Shown: one piece after another, positions 8,920 to 18,217 of the stretch
Layout of the letters: every line of letters begins with the position of its first letter
How positions within the stretch are numbered: position 1 is the stretch's first letter
Translations under genes and position numbers: made by a program
DNA from: Candidatus Moranbacteria bacterium CG_4_9_14_3_um_filter_44_28
GTDB taxonomy: Bacteria > Patescibacteriota > Minisyncoccia > Moranbacterales > UBA11712
Direction: 5' to 3'
NCBI GenBank assembly: GCA_002790655.1
Contig: PFVO01000042.1
Location: 1-50,562, forward strand
Length of the DNA stretch: 50,562 nucleotides
Notes under the pieces: model-generated
What the model saw: only the letters and a program-made list of their open reading frames with translations
Told to the model about the DNA's origin: nothing
The model's database searches: none

Positions 8920-9785
8920 AATTATTAAACGGTAAAAAACTAGCCGACAAAATAAAGCTTCGGTTGAAGAAAAAAATTGCCAAAATGAAAAAAAAACCGT
9001 CTTTAGCTATGGTCCTTGTTGGAAGCGACCAAGCGTCAAAAATTTATATCCGTAACAAGAAAAAGGCTTGCAAGGAAGTAGGAATAGAAAATAAAGAAAT
9101 AACTCTTCCGGTAAATATTTCACAAAAAAAATTGATTGCCGAAATCAAAAAATTGAATCGAAATAAAAAAATTACAGGCATTATTCTCCAGCTTCCAATT
9201 CCCGCGTATCTTGACAAGTATAAAGTTCTTGAAGCGATTGATCCGCGAAAAGACGCCGACTGTCTCCACCACTTGAATTTCGGAAAATTTTTACAGGTCG
9301 GTGAAAAAAAATCGGTTGTCATTCCGGCCACGGCCATTGGAATTATTAAGTTATTGGAGGAATATAAAATTCCAGTTGAAGGAAAAAGCGCGGTCGTAAT
9401 GGGTTATTCAGACATTGTTGGAAAACCGACAACGGAACTTTTGATAGACCGGAAGGCAACCGTCACCGTCTGCCATAGCAAGACCCAAAATCTAAAAAAT
9501 ATCACGCGAGAAGCGGATATAATCATTGTCAGCACCGGCGTGAAAAATATTCTCACCGGCGATATGGTAAAAGGGGGAGTAGTTGTGGTTGATGTCGGAA
9601 TCCACTATGTCCCAAATAAAAAAATTTACCCTCACACCAGATTCGGTGTGGGGGTCCACGGGGATGTAGATTTTGCTTCGGTTTCCAAAAAGGCTTCTTT
9701 CATCACCCCCGTCCCTGGCGGCGTCGGTCCGATGACGGTTGCCATGCTGATGTGGAATACGGTAAGACTAGTAAAAGCTAAATAA
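8916..9785 (+). CDS. folD: Bifunctional methylene-THF dehydrogenase / methenyl-THF cyclohydrolase
   Basis: Start set at the ATG forming an ATGA overlap with the glyA stop (MKLLNGKKLADKIK). Motifs: LAMVLVGSDQASKIY, GIILQLPIP, TPVPGGVGPMTVAMLM. Confidence 0.9.
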   Translation: MKLLNGKKLADKIKLRLKKKIAKMKKKPSLAMVLVGSDQASKIYIRNKKKACKEVGIENKEITLPVNISQKKLIAEIKKLNRNKKITGIILQLPIPAYLDKYKVLEAIDPRKDADCLHHLNFGKFLQVGEKKSVVIPATAIGIIKLLEEYKIPVEGKSAVVMGYSDIVGKPTTELLIDRKATVTVCHSKTQNLKNITREADIIIVSTGVKNILTGDMVKGGVVVVDVGIHYVPNKKIYPHTRFGVGVHGDVDFASVSKKASFITPVPGGVGPMTVAMLMWNTVRLVKAK

Positions 9786-11271
9786 CCTCCTCTTCCAGCT
9801 CCTCTCGGGGAGCTTTTTTTCTTTTTACGAGTTGTCTCACAATTTCAAGTTCCAGCGAGCCGAATTCTTTGAGAACGAAAAGAAAAAAGATATATATTGC
9901 AAACAGTATCGCGGACCAGAGAATGAAAGCATAATGTCCTTTTGGAAAAAAAGTTGAAATAAAATACATTACAAAAGAAGCCAGAATAATCTTTAGAAAA
10001 CTTGAAAATCTGAACAAGTATCCAAAATATCTGTAAGAATACGCGAGCACCAAGACCATCGCCACAAAAGAAGTTATTGAAGTGGCAACCGCTGCTCCAA
10101 CAAGTCCGTATTTTTTGATGAGGAAATAACTCAAGATGATATTCACCGCAAGACCCGCAAAAGAAATGATCATCGGCGCTTTCACTTTTCCCGCGCCATT
10201 TAAAGCAAAGGCCATTACATAAAAAATTGTGAGGAAAGTCACTCCCGACATCAAAATCGACATCGGAAGAGCGGCATCAAGAAATTTTTTTCCGTAGAAA
10301 ACTTGCAAAATCGGCGCAGAATAGACGGACATCAGAATCGCAATCGGGAGCAGAAACATCACCATCAGCCGTAATGACTGGCTGATGATTTTTTTTGTGT
10401 CAGAATGATTTTTGCTCGAAGTTGATTTGGAAACTGCCGGCAAAATAATAATCGTGAGCGCGTAGAACAAAAAATAGGGGATACGGCCGACGGTAATCGC
10501 GCCGTTATAAATTCCCGTCAAATAATCGTCGCGCAAAATTCCTTTCACAAGATAAAGATCAATCGTGATCAGAAATTCATAGGCGACAAGAAAAAGCGTC
10601 ATTGGCCAGGCGTAGCGCAAAAGCTTTCGCCAGTCAAAAAATCCTTCGGGTCTTATTTTTTTAAACTTGTCCAAGAGATTCGCTTCAAAGAATATCGAAA
10701 GGGGAGCGAGAATATAGCCAATAATTACTCCCTCGAGTGCGTAACCTTTTGACTTTAAGAGCCAGGCCAGGCCGAGAATAAAAACCAGTCGAGCAACAGA
10801 GCGGCTGGTTTTGAGCCAAGCCTGAATCTTGAATTCGTGAAGTCCTGTGTAGTAGTAGAAATAAAAAGAGGCAAGAGCGAAAGCGGGAATGACGAGCGAT
10901 GATAGTCTGAAAAGATTTGTGAGTGACGAATCGCGAAGAATGAGTGAGATAACAGGGGACAAAAGAAAAAACATCACTGTCACTCCGCCAATCAAAATAA
11001 ATTGGATTTTCGCGGTTTGTCTTTTAATAATCGGAATGAGGCCCAGCCGCGTGTCATAAATTTCCCCGAGATATTTCGCCATCGCCGTTGGCACGCCCTG
11101 CCCGATGAGAACCACGACCATCGTCGTGAGCGTCACCACCAGCCCATATCGTCCATATTCCGCCGGACTCAAAATCCGCCCCATGCCGGAATGGATAACA
11201 TAAGCCGAGAGATTATAAATAATCTCGCTTATAGTCACCCAGAAGAAAGATTTTACGAGAAACTTAGACAT
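9778..11271 (-). CDS. Polysaccharide/oligosaccharide flippase (Wzx / MOP superfamily)
   Basis: 497 aa with roughly 12-14 predicted TM helices. N-terminus is typical of the Polysacc_synt family (FFWVTISEIIYNLSAYVIHSGMGRILSPAEYGRYGLV). Confidence 0.75.
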   Translation of the reverse strand: MSKFLVKSFFWVTISEIIYNLSAYVIHSGMGRILSPAEYGRYGLVVTLTTMVVVLIGQGVPTAMAKYLGEIYDTRLGLIPIIKRQTAKIQFILIGGVTVMFFLLSPVISLILRDSSLTNLFRLSSLVIPAFALASFYFYYYTGLHEFKIQAWLKTSRSVARLVFILGLAWLLKSKGYALEGVIIGYILAPLSIFFEANLLDKFKKIRPEGFFDWRKLLRYAWPMTLFLVAYEFLITIDLYLVKGILRDDYLTGIYNGAITVGRIPYFLFYALTIIILPAVSKSTSSKNHSDTKKIISQSLRLMVMFLLPIAILMSVYSAPILQVFYGKKFLDAALPMSILMSGVTFLTIFYVMAFALNGAGKVKAPMIISFAGLAVNIILSYFLIKKYGLVGAAVATSITSFVAMVLVLAYSYRYFGYLFRFSSFLKIILASFVMYFISTFFPKGHYAFILWSAILFAIYIFFLFVLKEFGSLELEIVRQLVKRKKAPREELEEEVI

Positions 11272-11854
11272 GAATCCGAGATTTTATTTCATTAAATATT
11301 TCTTCTTTGTTTTTCTCCCCGTCAATCGTAACCATATCCCAATCCTTTATTTTTACAGAAAATATCTTTTCTTTCTTAATTAAATATTCCAACCCCTGAT
11401 CCGGCTTTCGCTCGCGCTGCATTATTTTTTCTGGAGAAATTTTTAAATAAAAAGCGAAATCTGGTTTGGGAATGAATTTCTCTGCAAACAATCTTTTATC
11501 CTTCCCTGATAAATAATTTATATTTACCGCACTGTCATAAAAATAACGATCGGATATAATATAGTCGACTTTTAATTTCTTTGTCATCCACCTGAACCTA
11601 AAAATATCAATCAACAGCGCTAATTTCCGTAGTTGTATTTGCAGCCAATTAGCTTTCGTCACGCTTTTTTCACTTGGAGGGATCCGACCCCTCCGATTTT
11701 TTAGGGGTCGGATCCCTAAATTCCCAATCGAAAACTCCACCGCGTGGAAATAATAAAAAGATTTTTCCTCTGATTTTAGGTAATTTTTGAGTAATTCTAT
11801 TTGAGTTGATTTTCCCGAACCATCGAGGCCGGAGATTGATATTAATTTTGACAA
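11264..11854 (-). CDS. Thymidylate-kinase-like P-loop kinase
   Basis: ISISGLDGSGKSTQ P-loop, SDRYFYDS (DRY motif) and PDFAFYL lid region. Overlaps the flippase start by 8 nt. Contains a palindromic element at 11678-11717. Confidence 0.65.
   Translation of the reverse strand: MSKLISISGLDGSGKSTQIELLKNYLKSEEKSFYYFHAVEFSIGNLGIRPLKNRRGRIPPSEKSVTKANWLQIQLRKLALLIDIFRFRWMTKKLKVDYIISDRYFYDSAVNINYLSGKDKRLFAEKFIPKPDFAFYLKISPEKIMQRERKPDQGLEYLIKKEKIFSVKIKDWDMVTIDGEKNKEEIFNEIKSRIHV
11678..11717. repeat. Perfect 15-bp-arm palindrome (AGGGATCCGACCCCT-10 nt-AGGGGTCGGATCCCT) inside the kinase CDS
   Basis: Read directly from the sequence. The arms are exact reverse complements and form a GC-rich island in AT-rich coding sequence. 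It is translated in-frame as ..LGIRPLKNRRGRIPP.. Confidence 0.85.
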
Positions 11855-11898
11855 TGTTATTTTTTTATGATTTAAATAGAGTTAAGGAGGATAAGGAT

Positions 11899-12096
11899 AT
11901 GCCCGTAGTAAATTTGGCCGGAGATATATCTCCCATTGGAGGATCCGGCGACAGTGATCCAGCAGGAAGAAGCGGTGATTACCGTAGACAATGCCCCGAC
12001 TGCGAGGGAAAAGGTAATCACATTAACCCCGGATCCTGTGGATTTGGAACAATCGTGGAAGAGTGCGAAACCTGCAATGGAACGGGGGAAATTTAA
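11899..12096 (+). CDS. Small protein with two DnaJ-type CxxCxGxG zinc-finger motifs
   Basis: 65 aa from the ATG preceded by a strong SD (AAGGAGG, 7-8 nt upstream). Motifs CPDCEGKG and CETCNGTG. Gly/Ser/Asp-rich N-terminus. Confidence 0.6.
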   Translation: MPVVNLAGDISPIGGSGDSDPAGRSGDYRRQCPDCEGKGNHINPGSCGFGTIVEECETCNGTGEI

Positions 12097-12204
12097 TGTA
12101 TAACCGGGCTGCTCTCACCGCCATGTCGCGTGCGTAATTCCGCCGGCATGGTATTTTTTTTAAAAAAATACCAGATACTAGATAATAATTGATAAATACA
12201 AACA

Positions 12205-13767
12205 CTACGCCATCAGCACCGCCACGGGCTGCATCTTTGCCACAACTTTGATGATCTTATTTTCGGTCATTCCGGCAATAACTTCTTCCACATCCTTATA
12301 ATGCGAACTGTCTTGATCGATAATCTGACGTGATTTGGCGTTGAAAAGCTTTACTTTATTTTTCTTCATTTTTTCCATCAGTTCTTCGCGATTTTGAGGA
12401 ACATTTCCTTGCTTTTCTTTTGCTTTTCCGGTTCCGTGGCTTGCGGAAAAGAACGTTGATTCATTTTCATCCGTCCCGACACCAAAATAAAAGGGCGTAG
12501 CCATCGAAGAGGGGATAAAAATCGGTTCGCCGGTTTCAGCAAAAACTTCACTGCTCCTAGAGTTGAGCTCTAGGAGGTTTTTCATTCTTTCCGGCCCATT
12601 CGCCCGCGAAGCGCCGTTGCGATGCACAAAAACTTCTTCGCCAAAATGTTCTTCTTCCTGCACGTGAACGTGCGGCATATCGTAAACAAGCGGCAATTCC
12701 TCCTCGCGGCCGAAAACTTTTTTGACCGCTTTTCGAATATTGTTCGTGAGAACCGCGCGATTGGCAAAGCCGTAATTGGCGCTCACGCGATGGGCGGTGA
12801 GATACATTCGCCCCAATTCAGACTCGGAATCAATCGGGTAATATTCTTTTTTGTTTTTCCATGCCGGAATATCGCGGCGCAATTGTTCGTGAGCCGGATT
12901 GTTGCGTTTCAAGAATTGGCGCCGCCCAAGTTCCAGAATAATTTTCTGGCTTCGATGTTCTTTTTCCTTGGGCGTGTAAAAATAGGAAGCGTACTGCCCG
13001 AGCATTCCGGAGCCGGTATGCATCAAAAATAAATATTGGTCTTTTTTGATGCCAAATTTTTGGGCAATTTCTTCATTGATAATATTTGAAACTTTCATAA
13101 GATCGAGAAAATGATTTCCGGCCGCGCCCAAAATTCCGAGCCGCAGCTGGGCAATTCGCAAAAATGTCTTTGGAATAGAATTCAAAATTTCTTTCTCCGA
13201 GGGAATATTTCCGCCCAAGGCGGATCCCTGCCCGTCCAGCAGGCGGGCGCCTCTGGCGGAGAAAAAATTGCCGCCGTTGAAGGTATATTTGTCTTCGTCG
13301 GAATCAATCTTGAGCTTTTCTAAAATTGCCCTTGACCCGCGCCGGCAAACATCCATCACAGTGTCAAAATTCACACGCGTTCCGACATAAGTCGTCGTTG
13401 GAATAACTTTCACCAGCTCTTCAAATAATTTATCAATCTGTGTTTCATTTAAATCCGATGTACTAAATGGCGTTTTTATTAAGCGCATCCCGCAATTGGG
13501 AGCCGTATCCATTGTTTGAGGAAGAATATATTTTTTTGTCGCAATTGCTGTCCCAGTCGGATTTTTGCGCCCTTTTTTGGAATGGACATCGGAAAGCGCC
13601 GTGACGTGATGGAAAACATGCGGGTCACTGGCGATATCAACAAGCTCCTGAATCGTCGCTTCACCAGGCATGAGATTGTCAGAAACATGAAAAACAACAG
13701 GGACTTTCATTGATCCTGAGGGATTAATGATTTTTTTATGCTGACTAATTGATTGAATCTCTCGCAT
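12205..13767 (-). CDS. rtcB: RtcB-family RNA 3'-phosphate ligase
   Basis: 520 aa. LSDVHSKKG, APNCGMR, GAAGNHFLDL, LMHTGSGMLG, HRNGASRA and SASHGTGK correspond to the RtcB metal- and GTP-binding histidine/cysteine motifs. Confidence 0.85.
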   Translation of the reverse strand: MREIQSISQHKKIINPSGSMKVPVVFHVSDNLMPGEATIQELVDIASDPHVFHHVTALSDVHSKKGRKNPTGTAIATKKYILPQTMDTAPNCGMRLIKTPFSTSDLNETQIDKLFEELVKVIPTTTYVGTRVNFDTVMDVCRRGSRAILEKLKIDSDEDKYTFNGGNFFSARGARLLDGQGSALGGNIPSEKEILNSIPKTFLRIAQLRLGILGAAGNHFLDLMKVSNIINEEIAQKFGIKKDQYLFLMHTGSGMLGQYASYFYTPKEKEHRSQKIILELGRRQFLKRNNPAHEQLRRDIPAWKNKKEYYPIDSESELGRMYLTAHRVSANYGFANRAVLTNNIRKAVKKVFGREEELPLVYDMPHVHVQEEEHFGEEVFVHRNGASRANGPERMKNLLELNSRSSEVFAETGEPIFIPSSMATPFYFGVGTDENESTFFSASHGTGKAKEKQGNVPQNREELMEKMKKNKVKLFNAKSRQIIDQDSSHYKDVEEVIAGMTENKIIKVVAKMQPVAVLMA

Positions 13768-13774
13768 AAAATAC

Positions 13775-14899
13775 TTACATATTTTTATAAACTGCTTCGT
13801 ATTCTTCTACAATTTTCATTATATCAAACTTTTCCCTCGCAAATTTCATTCCTTTTTCGCCCAAAGCTCCGCGAGCTTCGGGATTGTCGTACAAATATAG
13901 AATTTTTTCCTTAAGTGCTTCACGGTCGCCGGGATTGATCAAAATGCTATTATTGTCGTTCAAAAAATATCGTAACCTCTCAATATTACTTGCGATCATC
14001 GGCTTTCCGCAAGCCATTGCTTCGATAACCGCAAGGGGAATATCGAATTTTCCCGTCATCGTCCGGACTGGGAAAATGGAAATATCGCACAAATTGAAAA
14101 CATCTTCCATGACATAGCTCCCGTCGTCAATAAAAGCTACTCTGTCCAATATTCCAGCTTCTTCGAATTTCTTTTTTACTTCTTCTTTTTTACTAGCGTC
14201 TTTCCGGTTTTTTACCCGAACAGCCAGATGCAATTTGAAATTTTTGTTTTCTTTCGCGAGATCGGAAAAAACGGAAACAATATCGTCCATGTCCCCGAGA
14301 CGCACATATTCTCCCGTGTAGTTTATCACAAAATCATCTTCGGTTGTTTCAAATTTTTTCATCAGCTCCAGTTTTTTAGGTGCGGGGGAGAATAAATTAA
14401 TATCAATGCCGGGATAAATTCGCTTTACATTTTTAAATCCTAATTTTTCCAGCTTTTCTTTGGCGTAGTCGGAATAGGTAATAATAAAATCAGCGTGAAT
14501 AATCTTTTTTAATTTCTCCGCATCATATAAATCATCTCGCAGAGTCGCAAGGGTTTGGATTGTTTTTATCTTCTTGTTTCGCAAGCATAATTCCAGCGCA
14601 AAAACATTTAACTTCGTGGGAGTAAAGAAAGAATGGATAATATCGTAATCTTTTCCACCCTTCAGTAAAAACTCTTTAATTAAAAAAACATACGCCCGGA
14701 TTTTTTGCATCCAATTCCACTTTGATGATGAATAAATAAGGTGCTGGACAACATTTCCAGTGAGATCGGCAATTCTTCCGTGCGTTAATAGATGAACTTC
14801 AAAATCCCGCGCATACTTCGCCAGCGTATACGCAAAATCCTTTGAACCTTCATCCCAAGGAGGGCAAATTGGACGAGTCAAAAGCAAAACTCGCTTCAT
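13775..14899 (-). CDS. Glycosyltransferase family 4 (GT-B, group 1)
   Basis: C-terminal signature CDISIFPVRT..GKFDIPLAVIEAMACGKPMIASN (E-x7-E region). 374 aa. Confidence 0.8.
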   Translation of the reverse strand: MKRVLLLTRPICPPWDEGSKDFAYTLAKYARDFEVHLLTHGRIADLTGNVVQHLIYSSSKWNWMQKIRAYVFLIKEFLLKGGKDYDIIHSFFTPTKLNVFALELCLRNKKIKTIQTLATLRDDLYDAEKLKKIIHADFIITYSDYAKEKLEKLGFKNVKRIYPGIDINLFSPAPKKLELMKKFETTEDDFVINYTGEYVRLGDMDDIVSVFSDLAKENKNFKLHLAVRVKNRKDASKKEEVKKKFEEAGILDRVAFIDDGSYVMEDVFNLCDISIFPVRTMTGKFDIPLAVIEAMACGKPMIASNIERLRYFLNDNNSILINPGDREALKEKILYLYDNPEARGALGEKGMKFAREKFDIMKIVEEYEAVYKNM

Positions 14900-15264
14900 C
14901 GAATGTTTTTATAAATCTTATACTCCACATCTTTATAATCAACTACTATTGTAATTTTATTTTCTTTCGATTTCTCGTCCTCAATCACCGGCGAGATTTT
15001 TTGTTTGGCGCCGGCTTCGATTTTTATTTTGTCATCAATCACTTTGTCGTCACCGACAAAAATTTCATAATCGTACTCCGCCTTCCCCCCTTGATGATTC
15101 TCGATCGTGAAATCAAGCGAGTCGTCGCGGGGATTGTCAAAATATACCACACTCCACGATTTTTTATAGTCGTAATTGTGGTTTTTGGCTTCAATGACAA
15201 ACAAAACAGAAAAACTGATGAGGAGCAAAATTATTGTTGTGATGATGATTATTTTGCTGGACAT
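14896..15264 (-). CDS. Hypothetical membrane-anchored protein
   Basis: Start trimmed to MSSKIIIITTIILLLISF (single N-terminal TM); the longer track ORF overlaps the upstream gene. ATGA overlap with the downstream GT4. Confidence 0.5.
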   Translation of the reverse strand: MSSKIIIITTIILLLISFSVLFVIEAKNHNYDYKKSWSVVYFDNPRDDSLDFTIENHQGGKAEYDYEIFVGDDKVIDDKIKIEAGAKQKISPVIEDEKSKENKITIVVDYKDVEYKIYKNIR

Positions 15265-15271
15265 AAAAACT

Positions 15272-17137
15272 TCAAAGTCTAAAAACCGAAATGTAATTCG
15301 ACCCGTAGACTTTTGAAAACTCCGGATATTTTTCAAAACTGTTTCCCTCAAATTGGGCATTTAAGACCACATAATTAACGCCTGTCTCCGAAAAACACAT
15401 TTTTCCTTTATCGCTTTGAGGATCGCTAATCATATCCCGCGTGCAGGTTTCGCGCGGCTTGGTCGGGTCAACGTAGCGCGACAAGTTCCCGCGGCTCAAG
15501 GGATATTTGTAATCTTTCATAAAAAACAGTTTGTACCACGAATCGCCGTAGATGTTCACGTGATCTTTTAAAATAACATCCTGCGATGTATCAAGCGTCT
15601 TGGCAAGATAATCGGCCGAGTGAAAAGTTTGCATCGCTTCCTGAAACTGCGGGCGCGTTTTGAAAGCTTCGGCGCTGTCAGCCATTCCGTCCGTAATCAC
15701 AAAAAACATCAGCGTAAACAATAAAACCGTAGCAAAAAATCGCGATGCCGCTGACTGAAAAAATTCAAAATACCTGACAAGCGCGTAAGCGGAAAGGAGT
15801 GTGAGCGGCAAAAACAAGTAGTTCCCAATTCTGTCGCTGGGGATGTTGATGAAAAGCCATCCGGGTTTATAGGCCATAACAAACAAAATCGCGAACCAGC
15901 CCAAAGCAAAAGAATATCTGATTTTTTTTGGCTTTATATTCAAAAAAATCAGCAAAAATCCCAAAGCTCCCAGAAGTAGCCGCGCGCTCCCCACGCTCAT
16001 TTCAATTTGGTCAAAGTTGAGACCGATTCGCGTCACTTTTAAGGGAGAGCCGGTGGCCTGACCAATTGCGGCCGAATTGAAATAGGAGGGAGTAAAGATA
16101 AACAGAAGATATAAAAGAGAAGAAATAAGAAAGAAAATTGGAGCAGGTTTTAGGAATATCTTCAGCCAGTCGCCAATAATTCTGAAAACTCGCTTGAAAT
16201 TTAGAACCAGATATACAAACAGAATTGCCGCAACAGAAAATATTAAAATGAGAGAGCTCAAGTGATGCGTATAGAGAAGTCCGAGAAAAGAAAAAAGGGA
16301 AAGGCCGGCAAAAATCTGGTTTTTTTCTTTGAGAGCGCGGTAGAGAAAATAAAGCGCGATGGGAATAAGCATATTTCCAATTACGTTCCCAACTACCCCT
16401 CCGCTCACATACTTCGCCTGCGGCGCGTTGACGGCGTAAAGCACGCCCGCGACGAAAAAAGAAAAAGCAATAATATTTTTATCCTTGAAAAGCCGCGCCA
16501 AAAGAATCGCCATCGCGAAAATCCCGGCCACATTGAAGAGAAGCAGGACAAGAGCGGGCATTGCCGACATTAGGCTGACTCCGCTTATGAGATTCACTGC
16601 CGCGAAAATCATATGCTCCCCGATTATGAAATCCGGCATTCCATAGTCGGGAAGCTCTCCCGAATCAATAATTTTCTGGACCCAGTACATATGATGTCCG
16701 AGATCAGTTGAGGAGGGGAGAATTGTGTCAGAAAGATAAGCCGTTCGAATGAAGATGGCCAGCGCGATGGAAAGCAAAATGAAAACTGTCTGCCAGAAGG
16801 AGAAATCAAAAAAAGATTCTGACCCGTTTCTTTTCTCTCTGCTCTCCGATTTTTGGTTCTTTTTGCGAAATCTAAACTGAAATACAATGAAGCAAAGCAA
16901 GCAGAAAATCAGAATTGAACCAACAAGATTCAGACCCTTAAGGGGAACATTTATCCTTGCCAACAGCAAAACAATCAGATCGACCGAAATCAAACTCAAC
17001 GGAACGGCCAGAGCTGATTTCTCAAAAAAAGAAATCTTTTCATTTTTCCAGCCGAAAAACGCCAGCAACAAGAAAAATCCCGGAAGAATCAAGATGAAAG
17101 GAAGGACAAGAATGAGTTTTGGGAGAGAAATGAACAT
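15272..17137 (-). CDS. Large polytopic membrane protein, possible GT-C-type glycosyltransferase or polymerase
   Basis: 621 aa. About 14 hydrophobic helices followed by a roughly 130-aa soluble C-terminal domain. Embedded between glycosyltransferases. Confidence 0.5.
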   Translation of the reverse strand: MFISLPKLILVLPFILILPGFFLLLAFFGWKNEKISFFEKSALAVPLSLISVDLIVLLLARINVPLKGLNLVGSILIFCLLCFIVFQFRFRKKNQKSESREKRNGSESFFDFSFWQTVFILLSIALAIFIRTAYLSDTILPSSTDLGHHMYWVQKIIDSGELPDYGMPDFIIGEHMIFAAVNLISGVSLMSAMPALVLLLFNVAGIFAMAILLARLFKDKNIIAFSFFVAGVLYAVNAPQAKYVSGGVVGNVIGNMLIPIALYFLYRALKEKNQIFAGLSLFSFLGLLYTHHLSSLILIFSVAAILFVYLVLNFKRVFRIIGDWLKIFLKPAPIFFLISSLLYLLFIFTPSYFNSAAIGQATGSPLKVTRIGLNFDQIEMSVGSARLLLGALGFLLIFLNIKPKKIRYSFALGWFAILFVMAYKPGWLFINIPSDRIGNYLFLPLTLLSAYALVRYFEFFQSAASRFFATVLLFTLMFFVITDGMADSAEAFKTRPQFQEAMQTFHSADYLAKTLDTSQDVILKDHVNIYGDSWYKLFFMKDYKYPLSRGNLSRYVDPTKPRETCTRDMISDPQSDKGKMCFSETGVNYVVLNAQFEGNSFEKYPEFSKVYGSNYISVFRL

Positions 17138-17140
17138 AAA

Positions 17141-18217
17141 TTACTTCTCAACAACTTTTTGAATTTCTTCCAGATATCGTTTCGCTATTCTTTCCCAACT
17201 ATAATTTTCAATCGCATACCGCCGCGCTTTTTCGCCGAATCGATGCTGAAAATCGTCGTCAGCCAGCAACTCATTGATTTTTTTCGCCCACGCTTCCGCA
17301 TTTCCGCTTTCCACTAAAAAACCGTTTTCTCTGTCTTTGATCGCGTCCTTGAGGCCCTCAAGATCAGAGACGATGACAGGCAATTTACAGGTCGTTGCTT
17401 CAATAACCGAGATTCCAAATCCCTCCATGTCGCCGGGAATTTTTATATTTGGCTGGACAAAAACATCAGCCGTATTGAAGCAAATATCCCTCACTTCATC
17501 CGGTCGATAACCTAAGATTTTTACCCGATCATACAATTTTTTTTCCTGAACAGCGCTGGTGATATTATTTTTATCCGGACCGCTTCCAAGAACAACATAA
17601 ACTATATTTTCAGCCAATCTAGGTATAACGTTGCGAACGAACCAAGCTACTCCTTTTCTCTTTGCCAGTCTTCCCGAAGTAAGAATAATTTTTTTTCCTT
17701 CCAGTTTTTCACCAATTATCTGCTCAAGATCCGATCTTGAATAATTTCCAATATGCTGATTCGGACTGATGCCATTGGGAATAAAAACGAATTTTTCCTC
17801 CGGAATGCCTCTTTTTACGCCTTGTCTTATTGTTTCGTTTCCAACCGCAATCAGCTTATCAAGCGCCGGGATAAATTTTTCCATCCAGAGCCGGCGATAA
17901 AGCCAGAAGGGATAAGTGAGATCAAGGCCATGGCAAACACAAACCACTTTTTTTCGCGAGCCATAAAATAATTTTACCAGAAAACCCACGATTCCCAAAA
18001 CTCCATCACCTAAAAGGAGGATGTCAAATTTGCGGATTAAAAAAAGAGACCTTATCGAGACATAAGGCAGAAAAATTGGCAGAAATTTTTTTCCGCGCCG
18101 GTTGGCGATTATTTTCATATCGGCAATTTCCGACAAATGGCGCACCAGTTCATAATTTTGATTTTCCATTCCACCAATAATCGGGGGATAGGCACGGGAG
18201 ATAAAAAGAATTTTCAT
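17141..18217 (-). CDS. Glycosyltransferase family 4
   Basis: GT-B architecture. FVQPNIKIPGDMEGFGISVIEATTCKLPVIVSD (EX7E-type motif). Confidence 0.8.
   Translation of the reverse strand: MKILFISRAYPPIIGGMENQNYELVRHLSEIADMKIIANRRGKKFLPIFLPYVSIRSLFLIRKFDILLLGDGVLGIVGFLVKLFYGSRKKVVCVCHGLDLTYPFWLYRRLWMEKFIPALDKLIAVGNETIRQGVKRGIPEEKFVFIPNGISPNQHIGNYSRSDLEQIIGEKLEGKKIILTSGRLAKRKGVAWFVRNVIPRLAENIVYVVLGSGPDKNNITSAVQEKKLYDRVKILGYRPDEVRDICFNTADVFVQPNIKIPGDMEGFGISVIEATTCKLPVIVSDLEGLKDAIKDRENGFLVESGNAEAWAKKINELLADDDFQHRFGEKARRYAIENYSWERIAKRYLEEIQKVVEK

Noticed and set aside
12149-12173. AT-rich 12+12 palindrome TGGTATTTTTTT-T-AAAAAAATACCA between the zinc-finger ORF and rtcB, considered as a bidirectional terminator.
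   Set aside because: The stem is almost entirely A:T, so it would be weak as RNA. It is plausible, but not supportable as a terminator call without energy calculation or transcript ends.
13195-13270. GC-rich patch with several short inverted repeats inside rtcB, encoding SARGARLLDGQGSALGG.
   Set aside because: The stems are short (5-6 bp) and imperfect, and I cannot align the region to RtcB homologs by eye. There is not enough to call it an inserted element.
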